From positions 14,262,001-14,326,000 of the forward strand of contig CM075990.1 of assembly GCA_038087875.1 (NCBI GenBank): 64,000 nucleotides of DNA, given 5' to 3'. The position numbers and the translations under genes are program-made. This document shows, piece by piece, positions 22,967 through 35,968 of the stretch. Position 1 is the stretch's first letter, and every line of letters begins with the position of its first letter. The DNA comes from Malacoraja senta. Taxonomy: Eukaryota. The notes beneath the pieces are model-generated. The model made no database searches. It was not told the DNA's origin and was given only the letters and a program-made list of their open reading frames with translations.

Positions 22967-23943
22967 TTACCAGCAAAGAGGCAAGTCAATACAAGGATGA
23001 ACCAGGAAGAAGGAACCAACGGTGTAAGGCAATTAAGTGCCAATAATTATTTCAGGGAAATGTGATTCTGTTGTAATGTCATAGTCATTGAGCTATACAG
23101 CATGAAAACAGGCCCTTCAGCCCAGCTTGTCCATAGTGGGCTAGTTCAATTTGCCTGCATTTGGCCCATATTCCTCTAAATCCCTCTTATTCATATATCT
23201 ATGATTTTGAGATTAAAAATTGGCGAGGCGCTGATTATGAGGAGATATTTTGACATTGTCTATACTTTACACCAAAACCAAATCCTGCTTTTCTCCCCCT
23301 CCCCCCACACCATGTCCTTCCATTCCTTATACAACCACACCACTCTGCTCTAACTACATAACATAAACTTGGTTCAGTTCCATGGTTCAAAGCCAGATAT
23401 AATTCAACTCGAACAGTAAGGGCAGTGGAGAGCTACAGCGACAACAGAAGATGCACATTAAATCAGAATCAATCTTTCCAGGCTGAACAAGAGGTCATAG
23501 GTGTCCAAATTACATGTTCATTAACGAAGGCAATGCAATGAGTTGCCCAAATGCACTGAATTACAGGCACAGCCAAACAATCCTCTCACTTTAATACTTG
23601 GGATGACAAATATGCAATTAACCCAGAAGATGGGTGATTATCTCAGTGATTTCTGCTCAGGATGTCACCCTGGTGAAGCTTACTTGTATGCATTATGCTC
23701 ACATAACTATGCAAAAATGTGAGCCGCAAAATGGGAAAGTTACTACACACATAGACTTCAATCATCTATGTACAGAATCGAGGTCCCAATATTCCCCTTC
23801 ATTCCCCCCTCACTTTCCCACTCATCTACACTCTTTGTTCTCCTCTTTTATTTCTGCCCAACTTCCTCCCTTCTCTGAGGTGGGAAAGCCCTTGGATTAA
23901 GTTCTCACTGAAAGCTCAATGGCACAAAGAATGAAGCACTCCT

Positions 23944-24509
23944 GCAAGTTTGGAGCTGACTGCGTTTCAAAGGAGTTTTCTTAGTTATGGCTTAATAACG
24001 GCAAAAAAACTGATACTGAAATTTTGTAAAAATGCTCCTACGCCAACAATAAAAATGTGGACTTCTAATATGTCGGAATTGTTACATCTAGAAGATATGA
24101 GATTCCTCCTAGCAGGTAAACAAGACCAATTCCAAAAGATTTGGTCTCCATATATCAACCTATTACAAACATAGGGTGCAACAAAATGTTGATAATAAAT
24201 GGTTTTAGGACCTGGCGAGGGGTGAGTAAAGATAAGAAGTAGGTGCATCCCTTTCATATTGTCCTATCTTATTTTCTTTTTTCTCTTTTTTTCTTTTCTT
24301 CTTTAACTACTTCTTGTGGTTTAGGTTCACATGTGTGTTCCTGGACCACTTTTTCATTCACTCACTGACTGTGTTTGCTAGCTCTTTCTATCCTTTTTTT
24401 CTATTAAAGTTGAAAAACAGAAGTGGTACAAGAACTGTATAAATTTACGTTATTGCAGATTACTGTAATGTAAAATACTTCTAATAAAAAAAAAGAAAAA
24501 AAGAAAAAA
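23944..24509 (+). mobile_element. 5'-truncated L1-clade LINE with 18-bp TSD
   Basis: ORF2 end (FLSYGLITAKKLILKF...LHLEDMRFLLAGKQDQFQKIWSPYINLLQT), A-rich tail, TSD AAAGAATGAAGCACTCCT at 23926-23943 and 24510-24527. Confidence 0.92.
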
Positions 24510-25760
24510 AAAGAATGAAGCACTCCTTCAGTGATGCATTTTAAACGTTCACTCCCTCAACCAAAGTGACTGCAGGGCACATCACTTACATTATCCACTG
24601 GACCAACTCAATAAAGCATCTTTGAAGGTGCCGCCCAAACCCACAACCATCAGACACGACCAGGTTGGGAACACAACCTCCTAACATTCCACTTTGAGCA
24701 TTGGCTCAAAATACTTGCCAGCATAACCGTGGTATATCTTCACCACACTGTCTGAAGTGATACAAGAAAATAGCCTAGCACCAATGTCACCTTTGCAAAG
24801 GTACTTAGAGATGTGCAATTAAAGTCAGTCTAGCTAGTGATGCACAACAATGCGTGAATAAATATGTATTTAAATGCATCAGGATAAAAGGTGTAGAATC
24901 ATAGAGTCGTAAAGAGATGCAGCACAGAAACAGGGTCTCTGGTCAACCAAGACTATACAATCATAGAGTCATACAGCATGGAACAGGCCCTTCGACCCAA
25001 CTTGCCCATGCCGACCAACATGCCCCATCTATGCTAGTCCCACCTGCCTGCGTTTGGCTGATATCCCTCTAAACCTATCCTATCCATGTACCTGTCTAAA
25101 TGTTTTTTAAATGTTCGATTGTACCTGCCTCAATTACTTCTGCCTCTGGCAGCTCATCAATCAAGATCCTGCTGCAATTTTTGACAACCATCTTCGCTAT
25201 CTACAATACAACCCACTTTAGCGTCATATGCAAACTGGCCAATCATGCCAAGTACGTTTTCATCCAAATCATTGATATAGATGACAAACAGCAATGGGCC
25301 CAGCACCAAACGCTAGTCACGGGCCTCCAGTACGAAAAACAACCTTCCACTGTCACCCTCTGCTTCCTACTATGAAGCCCATTTTTTGTCCATTCAGCTA
25401 CCTCTCCTTGTAAATCTTGTATCTCTTGGATCTTCTATTTTATGCAAGATTCCAGCATCTGCAGTTCACTGTGTTCTCCAAAATGTTCACTTTCAATTAA
25501 TTTTCAACAAATTTCTCATATTTATCGGAAATAAATAAAAACAGAATTAAACTACCGCTCAAAATATTTCCCGTTTAATTAATTATTCGATTCGATATAC
25601 CTGGCCAATATAGTAGCCAGTGAGGCCACAATAAGGTTGGACAAAGAGAACTTGGATGAGTTGCAGGGGTAAGGATTATTTTGTGGTGATGGCAAAATGT
25701 CAACAGTGCAAGCCTCTGTAAAATTGGTCAGTTAACTGAAACAATAGACCAGCAGATTAC

Positions 25761-25962
25761 CGTGCCATTGGCACTAGGCATACCCAACCGTCCCACACTG
25801 ACTCAGTACTGCTCTTGGAGTATTAGTAGGCGCAACATTCTTCGCTCTCAGTGTGAACACAACCTTCCCCGCTGAGGCAAGTGGCAAGCCAATGTATTCA
25901 GAGTCTCTGAAGATGCACAAACACCAATAACCATTGTCACCCTTTGAGTCAATCCACACTTC
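25761..25962 (-). other. Candidate exon; may end with the coding start MPSANGT
   Basis: Unique sequence with acceptor tttaatttcttag and donor ACG|gtaatc. The ATG at 25781 gives 7 codons to a phase-0 donor. Gene not recognised. Confidence 0.35.
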
Positions 25963-26531
25963 CTAAGAAATTAAATTTATTTCCATTTCCCAACAAAACT
26001 ATTACCTGGGAAAAAACCCACTTCCTTGTTTTTAATGCTGCTGTTATTTACTGCTATTGATGTCACGAAGCATCCGGCTGAACGATTCCAAAACATTCGT
26101 TCTAGAATACTGGATTTATAAAAGCTGCCTATTTCCTGATCTCCATATCCATCGGTTACATTAGTGAACACAAATGTCATGATGTTGCCTGTGATTAAAT
26201 ACCTCTCAGGGGTGGAGAAGTCCAAAGATTTCCGACACTCCAAGTGAGGAGATTTCACTAAATCTCAGTTTAAAATAAGTGATCATACCTCCTGTAACTG
26301 GACCGAGGAAACATCCACATTGTCAATCCCTCTTCTGTTGCGATGAGCCTTTCTCATTCATTTAAACTTCAGTCCCACCCAAACCCCAGTAATGAATCAA
26401 CAATACAATCGATTAATCAATCCAGGAAGTAAATTCCAGTCGGTCTGATGCAGCGAGAGGGTTAACAATATTCAGCAGTAAAATCATGCTTATTTTTTTA
26501 TTCACAATAGAATAAAGGTCTCACACAATAC

Positions 26532-26900
26532 CTGTTCGACAGGAACAATAGCAGCTTTCTTGGTTAAGGAGAAAAGAGGCAGGAGCACTAACGTACACAG
26601 ACTGTCTCTCTCTCCGTATGGATGCTCAGGCATGTTTGGAGCAGTTCCCTGCAGCTGCACTGATGCTGGATGATCCCACACCCTCTCCTCATCCCAACTC
26701 CAGTTGTGTGCGACGTTGAGAGGGGTTTCTCCCTCTTCTGTGTTACATCTGTCCGGAGCTCTCTTGCTGCTGTCTACCGGAGCCAGCCTCTCGACTGGCA
26801 GTGTGGATTACAGGCAGTCCGGAGGGGAGCTCTGAACACGGCTTCACCACACGTGATGTCCCTCTCCCACCAACCCGCCCCCCCCCCCCTCCCCTCCCCA
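26532..26900 (-). promoter_or_regulatory. Candidate promoter and first exon
   Basis: Repeat-free, locally GC-richer block with E-box CACGTG (~26850), GC box CCGCCC (~26876) and donor CAG|gtattg at 26532. Confidence 0.3.
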
Positions 26901-27473
26901 ACCCTCTCCTGATTTCAATTATATTCAAGCCTGCCAGCCCGGTAATGAAATGCACAGTTAATTTAGCAGCCTGGGAAAGCACGCAGACAAAAGGCAGACA
27001 CTCCAGGACACGACCAGAGCTGAGGCTAACCTGCTTAGAAGAGCAAATTAATGGCATCAAATTGTAGGCTGCGGGGACCACAAGGCTCCAGAGGGTACTG
27101 TATGATCTCCGATGAGTTTGGAAAAAATATATATATATATAACTGCTGGAGCTGATATTTACTGCAACCTCCCACACATTCAACTCCCCACTGCCGGGGC
27201 TCAGGATCAAAGCAGACGGATGGTCTGAGCATTTCATCAAAGAGATTGCCGAGCAGTGATCTCAGAACCACAGGGTCCCCAAGGAGGGGTGCGGAGTGAG
27301 GGCTTGGCGGGAAAGACCATCGCAGTGGGGCATTGTTCTGACAATCGCCATCAGTCACATGGGCTGAGCCAGGTCGGCCACTACGAAAGCTCAATGCATG
27401 TGCCTCATGGACCCTTCTCAGTGCTAACAAAACGGAAAGTGCTGGAAACACCCGTGTGTTGGAACGAACTACA

Positions 27474-27872
27474 GATAGACACAAAATGCTGGAGTAACTC
27501 AGCAGGACGGGTGGGCAGGAATGGGTGAGGTTTTGGGTCAAGACCCTTCTACAATTATGAAGAAAGGTCTCGACCCGAAACGTCACCCATTTCTTCTATC
27601 CCGAGATGCTGCCTGTCCTGCTGAGTCACTCCAGCGTTTTGTGTCTATCTTCAGTGTAATCCAGCAACTGAAGTTCCTTCCTACACAAGGAACATGCTGG
27701 TTTACACCGAAGATAGATACAAAAAAACCGGAGTAACTCAGCGGGATAGGTAGCGTCTCCGGAGAGGACTCCCAGTCTAAAGAAGGGTGTCGACCCGAAA
27801 AAGCCACCCATTCCTTCTCTCCAGAGATGCTGCCTGACCCGCTGAGTTACTCCAGCATTTTGTGTCTGTCTA
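27474..27872. mobile_element. Two adjacent inverted pairs of hammerhead-core short repeats
   Basis: Two GATAGACACAAAATGCTGGAGTAACTCAGC-type arms, each followed by a reverse-complement arm with a degenerate GAAGAAGGGT..GACCCGAAA core. Confidence 0.8.
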
Positions 27873-28218
27873 TGGTGCTGGAAATGCCGGCAGGTCTGGC
27901 AGAGTCAACGTTTCAGGTCTGAGACGCTAGGGCAGAACCCCAACTCATTGACCATTCTGGAAGAGACCCACACCTAAAACATTTACGGCTTCTCTTTCCA
28001 CAGTAGCTGGCTGACCAGCTGAGTTCTTCCAGCATTTTCTGTTTTGATACCCTGGAGAGATTCATGGGACACATATGGGTTGCCTTTATTTTTCATTGTT
28101 GAGACTTTTTTTTAAATTTCATTCTCTGCATGTTTAAACATTTTTGTTTACAATTCACACATTTTCAGCTGCGTCATCAGTTATTTTCCATGCATCAGCT
28201 TGATCACATAACGTTCAC

Positions 28219-28522
28219 CTTAGTTTAGTTTAGTTTAGTTCAGAGATACAGTGTGGAATCAGGCCCTTTGGCCCACCAAGTTCGTGCCAAATACAATCAT
28301 CCGCACACTAGTTCTATTCTATACACTAGGGACAATTTACAGAAGCCAATACACCTACAAACCTGCACCTCTTTGGAATGTGGGTCACCTGAAGAAAACC
28401 CACATGGTCACAGGGAGAACGTATACAAACTCCACACAGACAGCACCCATAGTCAGGATCAAACCCGGTCGGTCTCCAGCACTGTAAGGCAGCAACTCTA
28501 CTGCTGCACCACTGTGCCGCCC
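28219..28522 (-). mobile_element. HE1-like V-SINE
   Basis: (TTTAG)n tail on the + strand, V-domain, and head ...GCACCACTGTGCCGCCC. Confidence 0.88.
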
Positions 28523-28866
28523 CTATTCACAACTCCTCAGAAAATGCTATGAGATAAACATGGCTTAAAAGTTGTCTTAAAAGTTCAGTCTTAAATGGCC
28601 TACCCCTCATTCTGAGACAGTCACCCCTATTTCTAAACTTCTCAGCCAGGAAAATAATTTCCCCATATCCATCCTAATAACCCTTAAAAAATGTTGTATG
28701 TTTCAATGAGGTCACCTCTCCTTCTAAATACTGAAGATTAGAATTTTAGCTCACTCCATCCACCCTCTTATGATAAACCTGCCATGTCAGGATCCAGTCT
28801 GGCGAATCTTCATTGCTCTCTCCCAATAACAAGTCCATTATTTTTCTAGATGAAAAGATCAACATT

Positions 28867-29929
28867 GTTTGAAAAAATATACACAAGAATATCAAAATTT
28901 ATCTCCAGACCTATTAGACAATGCTATGAATATAAAGGCGGAATCAACTAACTTAATATCATATTTGTATATCATCCTAAATATAGAAATACCATCATCT
29001 GATAGAATTAGAAGAGATTGGGAACAAGAACTAGCTATAAAAATCTCGAAAGAGAGTTGGGATAAACACTTGCTATATGTGCACAAATGCTCGATTAATG
29101 TAAGACACATTCTAATTCAATTTAAAACTTTACATAGTCTATACTACTCAAAAGCTAAAATAAGTAAATTTTATCCAAATGTTTCTTCCATCTGTGATAA
29201 ATGTCCAACCCAAGAGGCAACTATAGCACATTCTTTTGTTTTTTGTATAAAAATTCAAACATTTTGGAATGAAATCTTTGAAATTTTTACGAAATTATTT
29301 AAAATAAAACTGAAACCGAATGCAGAACTGATTATTTTCGGAACAATGGAAGCCAGCTTTGAGCTGACTTCGTTTCAAAAGAGCTTCCTTAATTACGGCT
29401 TAATAATGGCAAAAAAACATTCTGAAATTCTGGAAAAACGCTCCCACACCAACGATAAAAATGTGGATTTCTAATATGTCCGAACTGTTACACCTGGAAG
29501 ACGTGAGATTCCTCTTAGCAGGCAAATCAGACCATTTCCAAAAGAATTGGTCTCCATTTATCGACTTATTACAAACATAGGGTGCAACAAAACGTTGAAA
29601 ATAAATGGTTTCAGGACCTGGTGAGGGGTGAGTAAAGATACGAAGTAGGTACATCCCTTTTATCTTGTCTTATCTTATCTTACTTTTTTTTTCTCTTTCT
29701 TTTTCTTTTGTTTTCTGTTTAACTCTTTCTTGTGGTTTAGGTCCCTACGGGTTTCCCTGGACCACTCTTTCACTCACTCACTATCTTTGCTAACTCTCAC
29801 TATCTTTTTTCTCTTTAAAGTTTAAAATAAGAAGTGGTACAAGAAATGTATACTTTTATTTTTGCTTAATATCACTGCAATGTACAATACTTCTAATAAA
29901 AAACATTTTTTTTTAAATTAAAAAAAAAA
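28867..29929 (+). mobile_element. 5'-truncated L1-clade LINE with 15-bp TSD
   Basis: ORF2 C-terminus with CCHC knuckle CDKC-x8-H-x4-C and one frameshift; poly(A); TSD GAAAAGATCAACATT at 28852-28866 and 29930-29944. Confidence 0.93.
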
Positions 29930-29944
29930 GAAAAGATCAACATT

Positions 29945-30330
29945 TAGGCTTAGGTTTATTATTATCATTATTGTTGAGTGTACCGAGGAACAGCTAGAAA
30001 CGTTTGCTTGTTTGCTGTCCAATCAAATCAGATAATACTATACATGAATACAATCAAGCCAAACAGTAGTACAAAAGGTTGAATGACAAGAAAGAAAGTG
30101 CAGAATATAGTTTCTCAGCCTTGTAGCCTGAAGAGTTCTACGGAAAAAAGTCCAATGTCTTTTGATGAACTGGATTGAAATTTTTGGACTGCACCCTCGC
30201 TTATGCTAGGACCATTGAGAAGTCTGGTAACAAAGGGGAAGAAGCTGTTTCTGAGTCTGGTGGGTACAAGCCTTCAAGTTTCTGTATCTTCTGCCCATCG
30301 GGAAAGGAGTGAAGAAGAAATAACTCGGGT
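29945..30330 (-). mobile_element. Old Rex1/Babar 3' fragment
   Basis: Reverse strand reads PFPMGRRYRNLKACT, followed by an RNSFFP-like segment. Confidence 0.65.
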
Positions 30331-31038
30331 GCGATCTCACCACAGCCTTAGATAGTTGGAGTAAAATAAATTTACTCTTATAATACAACTCTAGCAATAA
30401 AGGCAACATTTAACTAGGCTTCCTAGCTGCCTGCCTCACTTCATGTTAGTTCTCGGTGAGCAGTCACCAAGGCCAGCCAAATCATTGATAGAGCAGACTC
30501 AATGGGCCGAATGGCCTAATTCTACTCCTGTCCTATGGTCCCTTTGAACACCAGTGGCTGTTTCCTTTAAAAAATACTCAGCACTTATTTTTCCTACTGA
30601 TGTTTTTGTTTCACACACCAGCCCATCTGCTATGCTACTACCCACTCACTCAACTTGTCTGTGTCCTTTTGAAGCCTCTGTACCTCCTCTTCCACTTAGT
30701 TTAATGTTGTCAGCATACTTGGATACATTACCTTTGGTCTGTCAGCCACACCATTGATGAAGATTGTGAACAGTCAGGTCTTGTGGTATTCCATTAGTCA
30801 CAGCCTGCCAACCCAATAATTTATTCTAACTCTTTGTTTTGCAGCTGCTAATTAATTCTTATCCACACTAGTATATTACCTCCAATTCCATGTGTTCCAA
30901 CCCTATGCATGACCTTGCTGTGTGGGACCTTATCGACAGCCTCTGTACATCCAAATACAGGTTATCTATCGTATTATCTGCTGGAACATGGTAGTTGCAT
31001 TCCTAAGAAACTTCATGTTATATAGAAGTTGCGATTAA

Positions 31039-32740
31039 GTTTTTTTTTTTTTTTTTTTAATTTTTATTTATTAGAAGTACATTACATTACAACCACATAC
31101 ATTAATACTCGTCATTTATATCTTCTTACAATTAATGTACTCCCTTTATTTATTTTTTTACACTAGAAAAAGAAAAGATTGAAAGAAAGAAGAAAGTGAA
31201 GGAAAAAGTGCAAGTGTAGAAAAGTGTAGAAAATGTAACAACAAAAAAGGACGAAGACCCTATAAGAGCGAAATTAAAAACAAAAAGAAAAAGAGTTAAG
31301 AAATAGGCCCTAAGAAAAGAAAAGAGAAAGAGAAAAAAAGAGAAACAAATGTTTTTTTTTGAGCATCACGTAAATAGGACATACCAACTCTTCAACTATC
31401 ATCCCCCCTTACCTGACCTCAATTTTTTATTTTTTTAAAGTACTTTTGCACCCTATGTTTGTAATAATTCTATAAATGCAGACCACGTCAGGTGGAAGTG
31501 ATCTGGTTTACCTGCTAGGAGGAGTCTTATCTCTTCTAGGTGTAATGTTTCAAACATATTTGAAATCCACATATTTATAGTTGGTATTGGAGCCTTCTTC
31601 CAAAATTTTAGAATTAGCTTTTTTCCAGTTATTAACCCATAGTCCATTAATTTCTTTTGAAACACATTTAGTTCTGGATCATCTTCCGTTATTCCGAAGA
31701 TAATCCATTCTGCTTTGGGTATCAGTCTTGTTTTAAATAACTTTGTAAAGATTTCAAAAATTTCATTCCAAAATTTTTGAATTTTTGTACAGAAGACAAA
31801 TGAGTGCGCTATAGTTGCTTCTTGGGATTGACATTTATCACAAATAGATGATACGTTTGGGAAAATTTTATGAATTTTAGTTTTCGAATAATATAATCTA
31901 TGTAAAATTTTAAATTGTATTAAAGTGTGTCTTACATTAATCGAGCATTTATGCACGTTTAATAAGTATTCATTCCAACTTTCCTTTGAAATTTTAATAG
32001 CTAACTCTTGTTCCCAGTCTCTTCTGATACCCTCCGTAGGTGGTATTTGTACATTTAAAATAATATTATACAAATATGATATTAAGTTTGCTGATTCCGC
32101 TTTTATCTGCATTGCCTCGTCCAATACATCTACTGGATTATTATAATGATCTTTTGTATATTTTTTCAAATAGTCGCATATTTGAAAATATTTAAAATAT
32201 TGATTATTTCCGAGTTTATATTTTATTTGTAATTGTTGAAATGAAAGTAATTTTCCAGTTTCATACAAGTCACCAAGCGTTTTAATTCCTAGTCTATCCC
32301 ATTGTGTATAAGCTTTATCTATAATAGAAGGACTAAATGATGGGTTATTGACTATAGGTAATAAAAGTGATAATTTTCTTAATTTTAAATTTTGTTTTAT
32401 TTGTTTCCAAATACGGATTGTACTATGAATAATTGGGTTCTTATTATAGTTTATGTTATTCAGTTTCATTGGAGAGAGGAGGATCGCTCCAATGTTTCTA
32501 GAGGAGCAATCCTCTTTCTCCATTACAATCCAGTCTACTTGCTGGGCGGAGTTATCCATCAGTTGAATCATGTTTTTAATATTTACTGACCAATAATAAT
32601 ACATAAAATTAGGTAGTGCTAGACCCCCCAATACTTTAGGTTTATTCAGATGGGTTTTTTGTATTCTATGTGATTTATAGTCCCATATAAAATTAGTGAT
32701 ATCTGAATCGAGTTTTTTAAAAAGCTTCTTAGGTAAGTAA
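31039..32740 (-). mobile_element. Young 5'-truncated L1-clade LINE with uninterrupted ORF2 C-terminal part (~32739-31453)
   Basis: YLPKKLFKKLDSDITNFIW...LGGLALPNFMYYYW...CDKCQSQEATIAHSFVFC...WSAFIELLQT with no stops; poly(T) on the + strand at 31040-31058. Confidence 0.95.
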
Positions 32741-33171
32741 AAGTGATCGCACTTCAGTAGAAGTTGCGATCACTGTCGTACATAGTATCTGAATGCCCGT
32801 CAGAAACCAGCATCACTGCGTCGCCGATGTTTTCAACGATTTAATAATAACAATGATTAATATACAGATTGAATTATGCAGACAACTGTGTCAATAGATG
32901 GGGAAAGAGGGCTAAGGGCCAGAGTTTGTCTCACAATAACAAAGATATTTTTCCCACAAGATTTTCAAAAATAGTCTAGAGTGTTTAATATTAATATGAA
33001 GAGGCAACAGAGCAATTAAATTCTTGCTTGCAACAGCATTACCGGCCCAAGTTGAAAAATAAATAAAAGTATTTTCAATGACAATAATGACAATTTTTGC
33101 TACTGCAAGCTAAAACTAATAAAGGCTTATATATATATTATTTAATAGAGCAGCATTGTGCAAGTGTTTAC

Positions 33172-33303
33172 TGCAGGAAGGAACTGCAGATGCTGGTTTA
33201 AACCGAAGATAGACCCAAAATGCGGGAGTAACTCAGAGGAACAGGCAGCATCTCTGGAGAGAAGGAATGGGTGGCGTTTCAGGTCGAGACCCTTCTTCTG
33301 ACT
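33172..33303 (-). mobile_element. Hammerhead-core short repeat
   Basis: AGGAAGGAACTGCAGATGCTGGTTTAAACCGAAGATAGAC...GCGTTTCAGGTCGAGACCCTTCTTCTGACT. Confidence 0.8.
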
Positions 33304-35229
33304 AATTGCTTATCAATTTCAGTGGTCACCCATGGTTCAAATGGCAGCTGTGTTCTTCGAGACAATAATGTTCAATTAATGCAGGGAATTACATGGAAAC
33401 AGGATTGTTGGTGTCTATGATGCTTATATTCAAGACTTGTCAATTCTAAAATACATTTTAACTGGTTCTCTCCTCCACAAACAAAACCTAGTTATAACTA
33501 ATTATTTTACGTAATGCAAATAATGTTCCCTAATTTGATATGTGCCAACTATGATGCTAAATTAAACTAATCCCATCTGCCTGCATGTGTTCTATATCCC
33601 TCCATTCCCTGTCTGTTCATGTGCCTGCCTAAATGCCTCTTATTATTAGTGAATACAACATTTCCCAGCTATGAATACAAGGCTAGCAGATCAATAGTTC
33701 CCTCTTTTTTAAAATCTCTTTTCCTTCTTAAACAGTGTCATAGAGTGATACAGTGTGGAAACAGGCCCCTCGGCCCAACTTGCCCACGCCGGCCAACATG
33801 CCCCAGCTACACTAGTCCCACCTGCCCGCGCTTGATCCATATCCCTCCAAACCTGTCCTATCCATTTACCTGTCTAACTGTTTCTTAAATGATGCAATAG
33901 TCCCTGCCTCAACTACCTCCTCTGCCAGCTTGTTCCATCCACCCACCACCCTTTGTGTGATCCTTTGTCTCCACCCTTAGTGGAGTCACATTTGTCAGAT
34001 TTACCTGAAGGACATTGGTGAACCTGATGGGTTTTTAACAACAATCCAGTAACGTCACGATCACTATTGCCGAGTCTGGCTTTAATTACGTGAATTTAAA
34101 TTTCCTGCTGCCATGACTCTGGATCAATGGTGCAGAACACTGCTGATGGTCCAATAATTTAACCCGTGTTATTATATACCTTGAAACCGTTTGTGTGCAT
34201 ACTTATTTACTCACTGTGGATATTACGTAAATTACAATTACAACACAAAGTATATGTGCGATAACACCAGGATAAGCGCTCAACCAAGAAAACCCAAGCC
34301 CACAGCCAAAGTACTATCTATTATACCAACTTATGCTAAAGACTGTAACTAACTACGTATGCAATAAACAGCAACCTACAAGTTAACAAGCACATTAAAA
34401 AAAACAGATTGTGTAGATGACATCAAGTTGTTCACATTAGTAATGAATGGACTTACGTGTCTAAGTTCCTTTAATTGAATATTTAAACCTTTTTAAATAC
34501 TCCAGTGACTTCAATTTTCCAGAGAAAAACCTTTCTGCTTTTCTGATAGAAGTGAATCGCCACTTATCGTCCCCATCATACACCACTCTCCTAACACAAA
34601 ACACAAAGTATTTAACACTGTAACACTGAAAAGCACAAGCTGCGTGATTTCACCGGTGGGTTGAAATTTAATTGTCACTCACTCTTCAACTTGCTTGTCT
34701 GCAGTATTTTCCTCTGCAGTGTTCCTTTTGCTTTTTGCCCACTAGAATTTCAAGAGTTGACTCTTCAAATCTTTTACACGTCATCTTTCTATGACGATTC
34801 TTAAACATCCAAATTCTAATGAAATAAATAAATTGCAGTGATCATCACAAACTGGAAATACTGCAATTTCACACGAGCCCTCACATGCCCTTGTGAACTC
34901 AGCACCACCCTCTGCAGTTAGCTTGCAGTACTGTTGCTGCTGTCTTACTAATTACTGCATCTGGCTACGAGTTCACAAGCGATAGGAGCAGAATTAGGCC
35001 ATTCGGCCCATGAAGTCTACTCCGTCATTCAATCATGGCTGATCTATCTTTCCCCCTTAACCCCATTCTCCTGCCTTGTCCCCAAAACTAACACATATAC
35101 AGATGTTACATGGATTTACATACATGAAGTACACCATCATGAACATAGAAAAGGGGCTTGTAATTCTGTTTCACCCTATCAGAAGTGTTAAATTCCTCTG
35201 CATCTCCCTGTTTAAGTTAGGAAACACCT

Positions 35230-35585
35230 ACCTTGTGCACAGGAAGCTCATAGCAATATAATAGCTATCAGATTTGGTGGTATGGATTGAAAGATAAATA
35301 TTGGCCCCAGTAATGGGGGATAATGTCCGCTGAAATTCATCCCATGGGATCCGTTATGCCTTCTCATAAGGTCAGACAGGACCTTGTGTTAATATCCAAA
35401 CTCTCTGGCCCCTAACCCCCTTTCGCCCCATTGAAGCAGTTGTCTATATACTATAATTTTCTATAACTTGTTTATTAGGAAACAGCTCCTCTGGTAGTGT
35501 GGTACTACCTCAAGTCTCTGGAGTGGGATGTGAACCTGTAGTCTTTTAACCCACAAACAAGGGCACTCCCTGCTGAGCCACACCG
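35230..35585 (-). mobile_element. Old DeuSINE (SacSINE1-like)
   Basis: GATAAATATTGGCC, CCATGGGATC, CTCAAGTCTCTGGAGTGGGATGTGAACC and CTGAGCCAC. Confidence 0.6.
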
Positions 35586-35719
35586 GACAGACACAGCAAC
35601 AAATCACTAGTCCTTTTCACAACCTTCCTGCTTCAGAAAGTGGAGCGAGACAACTTACCTATTGGATCACCCATTTTGTCAGATAATATAAAAGTGCAAT
35701 GTCTACTCCAATATGTGTA

Positions 35720-35968
35720 CGGCACACTAGTTCGTACTACCCGTACACTAGTTCTAACCGACACACTAGGGAAAATTTACCGAACCCAATGAACCTACAA
35801 ATCTGCACGTGTTTGGGATGTGGGAGGAAACTGGAGCACCCGGAGACAACTCATGTGATCACAGTGAGAACGTACAAACTCCGTACAGACAGCACCCATA
35901 GCCTGGATCAAACCCGAGTCTCTGGCACTGTAAAGCAGCAACCCTACCAATTGGGCCATTGTGCCGTC
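35720..35968 (-). mobile_element. HE1-like V-SINE
   Basis: ACCTACAAATCTGCACGTGTTTGGGATGTGGGAGGAAAC...GAACGTACAAACTCCGTACAGACAGCACCC. Confidence 0.8.
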
